Positions 61,541-64,000 of a DNA stretch of 64,000 bases are shown one piece after another. The translations under genes were made by a program, and so were the position numbers. Position 1 is the first letter of the stretch. Each line of letters starts with the position of its first letter. This DNA comes from the human T2T-CHM13v2.0 reference genome, Homo sapiens. A model generated the notes under the pieces. It saw nothing but the letters and a program-made list of their open reading frames with translations, was not told the origin of the DNA and searched no databases. Where the stretch lies: the NCBI RefSeq assembly GCF_009914755.1, contig NC_060930.1; one strand, 5' to 3'.

Positions 61541-64000
61541 AAGCTGCTGTGTTGGTCCAGAGCCTCCAGGGAGATGTCTGAGCCGGGAGCACACGGAGGG
61601 GGAGGAAGAAGTGTCGCTGTCTCAGCCTGCTCCACCTTCAAGAGCTCAAGCAGGGGGATTCCCCTCTCTGACCCCTCTCCTGCCTTTCTTCCTCTTCTAC
61701 TTCTTCCCTGTACCCTGACATTTGGCATTTTGGGCCACAGAGGACTAGTGAGCTGACTTCAACCCTCTCCTAGAAACCCAAGATTCTCTGTCCTCTGGGC
61801 CTGGGATGTGCAGACTTCCTGATCTAAAAGCACAGGGTTCCATATCCAGGCCCCAGTTCATTGGCTGTTCCCAAGTAACAGCAGCTCCCTCCTCACCTGA
61901 GTTATTTTACTCCCTTCTATCATCTGATTCTGGTTTCTCTGGACTCCATTCTCAGCAATTAGTGCCTTAAGTCAAAAGTTCATCTTACTATTTTCCCATT
62001 CATTTGCCCCTGAGTGGCTTCTGTGGGCTCATTCCCTCCCCCTCTCTCAGGACTTCCCTAAGAGTGGCACAACCTTCAGTGGCTTCAATTCTCTGACTGT
62101 TGGCCACCCCACTTCCTTATCCTACTGAATCTTCTCTTTGCCCTACATCCTCTCCAACCTCCTGTCTTGTTGCTTTCCCTCATTCATTTCTCTGTCTAGC
62201 TTGGACCTGTTTCAGATGGTCATCAATAACCAGAGGTGAGTTTGGGTCTCTGGCCCTAAGGGCATGAGCTTACCACATGAACCTGGCAGCAGCAACCCTC
62301 TTGAGAAAGGCTGCACAAAAGCCTCACAGCCCCCACACCCTGCCTTCACCTGTTTGATCTCATCCTCAGCCCCAGGCTTGCCTTCTGACCAGCCACCTGC
62401 CTGCACTACCTCCACTTTACCCTAACCATGTCATCCAGAGTTGCCCATGGGAGAAGCAGCTCCACTGTAAACTCACGCCTGCACATGGCATCCTCTGTCC
62501 CTCTGACTTTCAATCTCGGGCTTGTCTTTGAACCTTGTTTTCTCTGTTCTCAGCATCTTACAGAGTCTCTCTGCTAAAAGCGATTGCAGAACTGTATTGG
62601 ATGTTCATGGGGTATGACCGCTCACAAAGTAGCTCCATGTAGATTTCATATTTCATATTTTGACTTTGCCCCCAAATAGCCTCCAAATTTGGTGAAACTC
62701 AGCTATTTGTATGTGTATAAAGTGCTGGGAAAATAGTAAGAAACTTCATTTTGGTCTTATACATACATGTCATCTGACAACACAGAATTCAGTGTGGTTA
62801 TTTGTTATCTGTGTGCTGAGGACCCAGGGCCTTTGCCCCCTTAGGGTGTCTTCCTGCAATTTAAGTCATCCACGTCGTGAAAAATCTAATATTTCTAAGT
62901 AATGACCATGCTCATAACACTATTCTCTTTAATAACTTTCAACTACTCTCCATTTCTTGAATTAATCACCAGTCCTCACCCTGACATCAATAGTCATCCA
63001 TGATATGACCTCACCTCACTTTTCCTGTCCTATCTCTTATGACTACATTGTGTCCACCCTATATTCCATTATTCCCTTAACCTGCTTCTCATTTTTGCAT
63101 CAGTTCTATAACTTTGCTTATGTGGCCTCCCCATTCCAAGTTCTCCGGTCAAACTCCTCTCCTTCAAGGCTTAGCTCCAAAAATCACCTCCTTGAGAAGA
63201 CCTCAGCTGACATCCACCTGGATGTTTTTTGTTCCTGCTTTAAACCTCTTTAGTACTTTGCTTATTTTTATTTCCTTCTGACTCTTGCCTTAGTGCACTT
63301 TGTATTGTGGTTATTAAGTAATTGGCTCATCCCTCCGCTGGGTCACAAGCTCCTTGAAAGAAAGGACTGTGTGTCTCTTATCTTTGCATTCTGTTCTGGT
63401 TCTAAACTCAGCCTGCTCATGCATAGGAGTTGAATAGGATAAAACAGAGAGAATCAGTACACAGGGTATTTCAGAGCAATCACTGGATCTAAAAAGAGCC
63501 GGAGGAAGGAGATGGAGGGAAGGTACTAGAGAACGTGTGACCAACCAGAGGAAGGCACCGTCCCTCTTTCCCGTCAAGTGCTCCGAGTAATTCAGACGTT
63601 GTGCCTGCATTTCCACTCTTCCTGTCTTCCCATTATTTCCTTCCCCACTGGGAAAATTGCTGTGAGACGTAAGTCATTGCCTCAAATCTGGCTCATAGGC
63701 ATTTAGCATCATTTTTTTTCCTTTCTGAGAATAAGTCTATTCACACCAACTATATATTTGTTCTCTCACTGTTTTGTTAAAGATAATTCATATGGAATAA
63801 GAAAGGGATGTCTTAAGGCAAACAGCAAGGCAGCTGAATACATTTACTTCATGTGGACAGGGACATAATTAGCAAAGGAAGCTCTTCATCTCAAGGTGGG
63901 AGGGGAGAGTTTGCATGGAGCTCTCCTGGCCGTGTGCTGGGGCTCATTGCTGTGTGAGTGAAACTGCGCACAAGCACATCCTTCTGGTATGAGCCCCATG

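Overview
Primate genomic DNA, almost certainly human (it carries a young SVA_F-type element plus AluY/S/J, L1PA and L1PB). The + strand carries 14 consecutive internal coding exons (473-58692) of an axonemal outer-arm dynein heavy chain. All have GT-AG boundaries and they splice into one open frame of 2091 nt (697 codons) covering the AAA5-AAA6 region. The protein is DNAH5-like but differs from DNAH5 as I recall it, so I call it DNAH8. The introns are mostly interspersed repeats, including a 20-kb intron of nested, mostly sense-strand L1s. Most notable: (1) a 5'-truncated SVA whose 18-bp target-site duplication (TSD) also encloses an AluSp, 82 bp of unique sequence and a second poly(A), i.e. 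a 3' transduction; (2) an interstitial telomeric (CCCTAA)n tract ~440 bp before an exon; (3) an internally inverted Alu bounded by a TSD; (4) an RPS2 processed-pseudogene fragment; (5) small non-consensus hairpins and duplications. I found no convincing new gene system; the unusual signals are retrotransposition and repair footprints. Repeat subfamily calls are from memory of consensus sequences and need RepeatMasker/Dfam confirmation.
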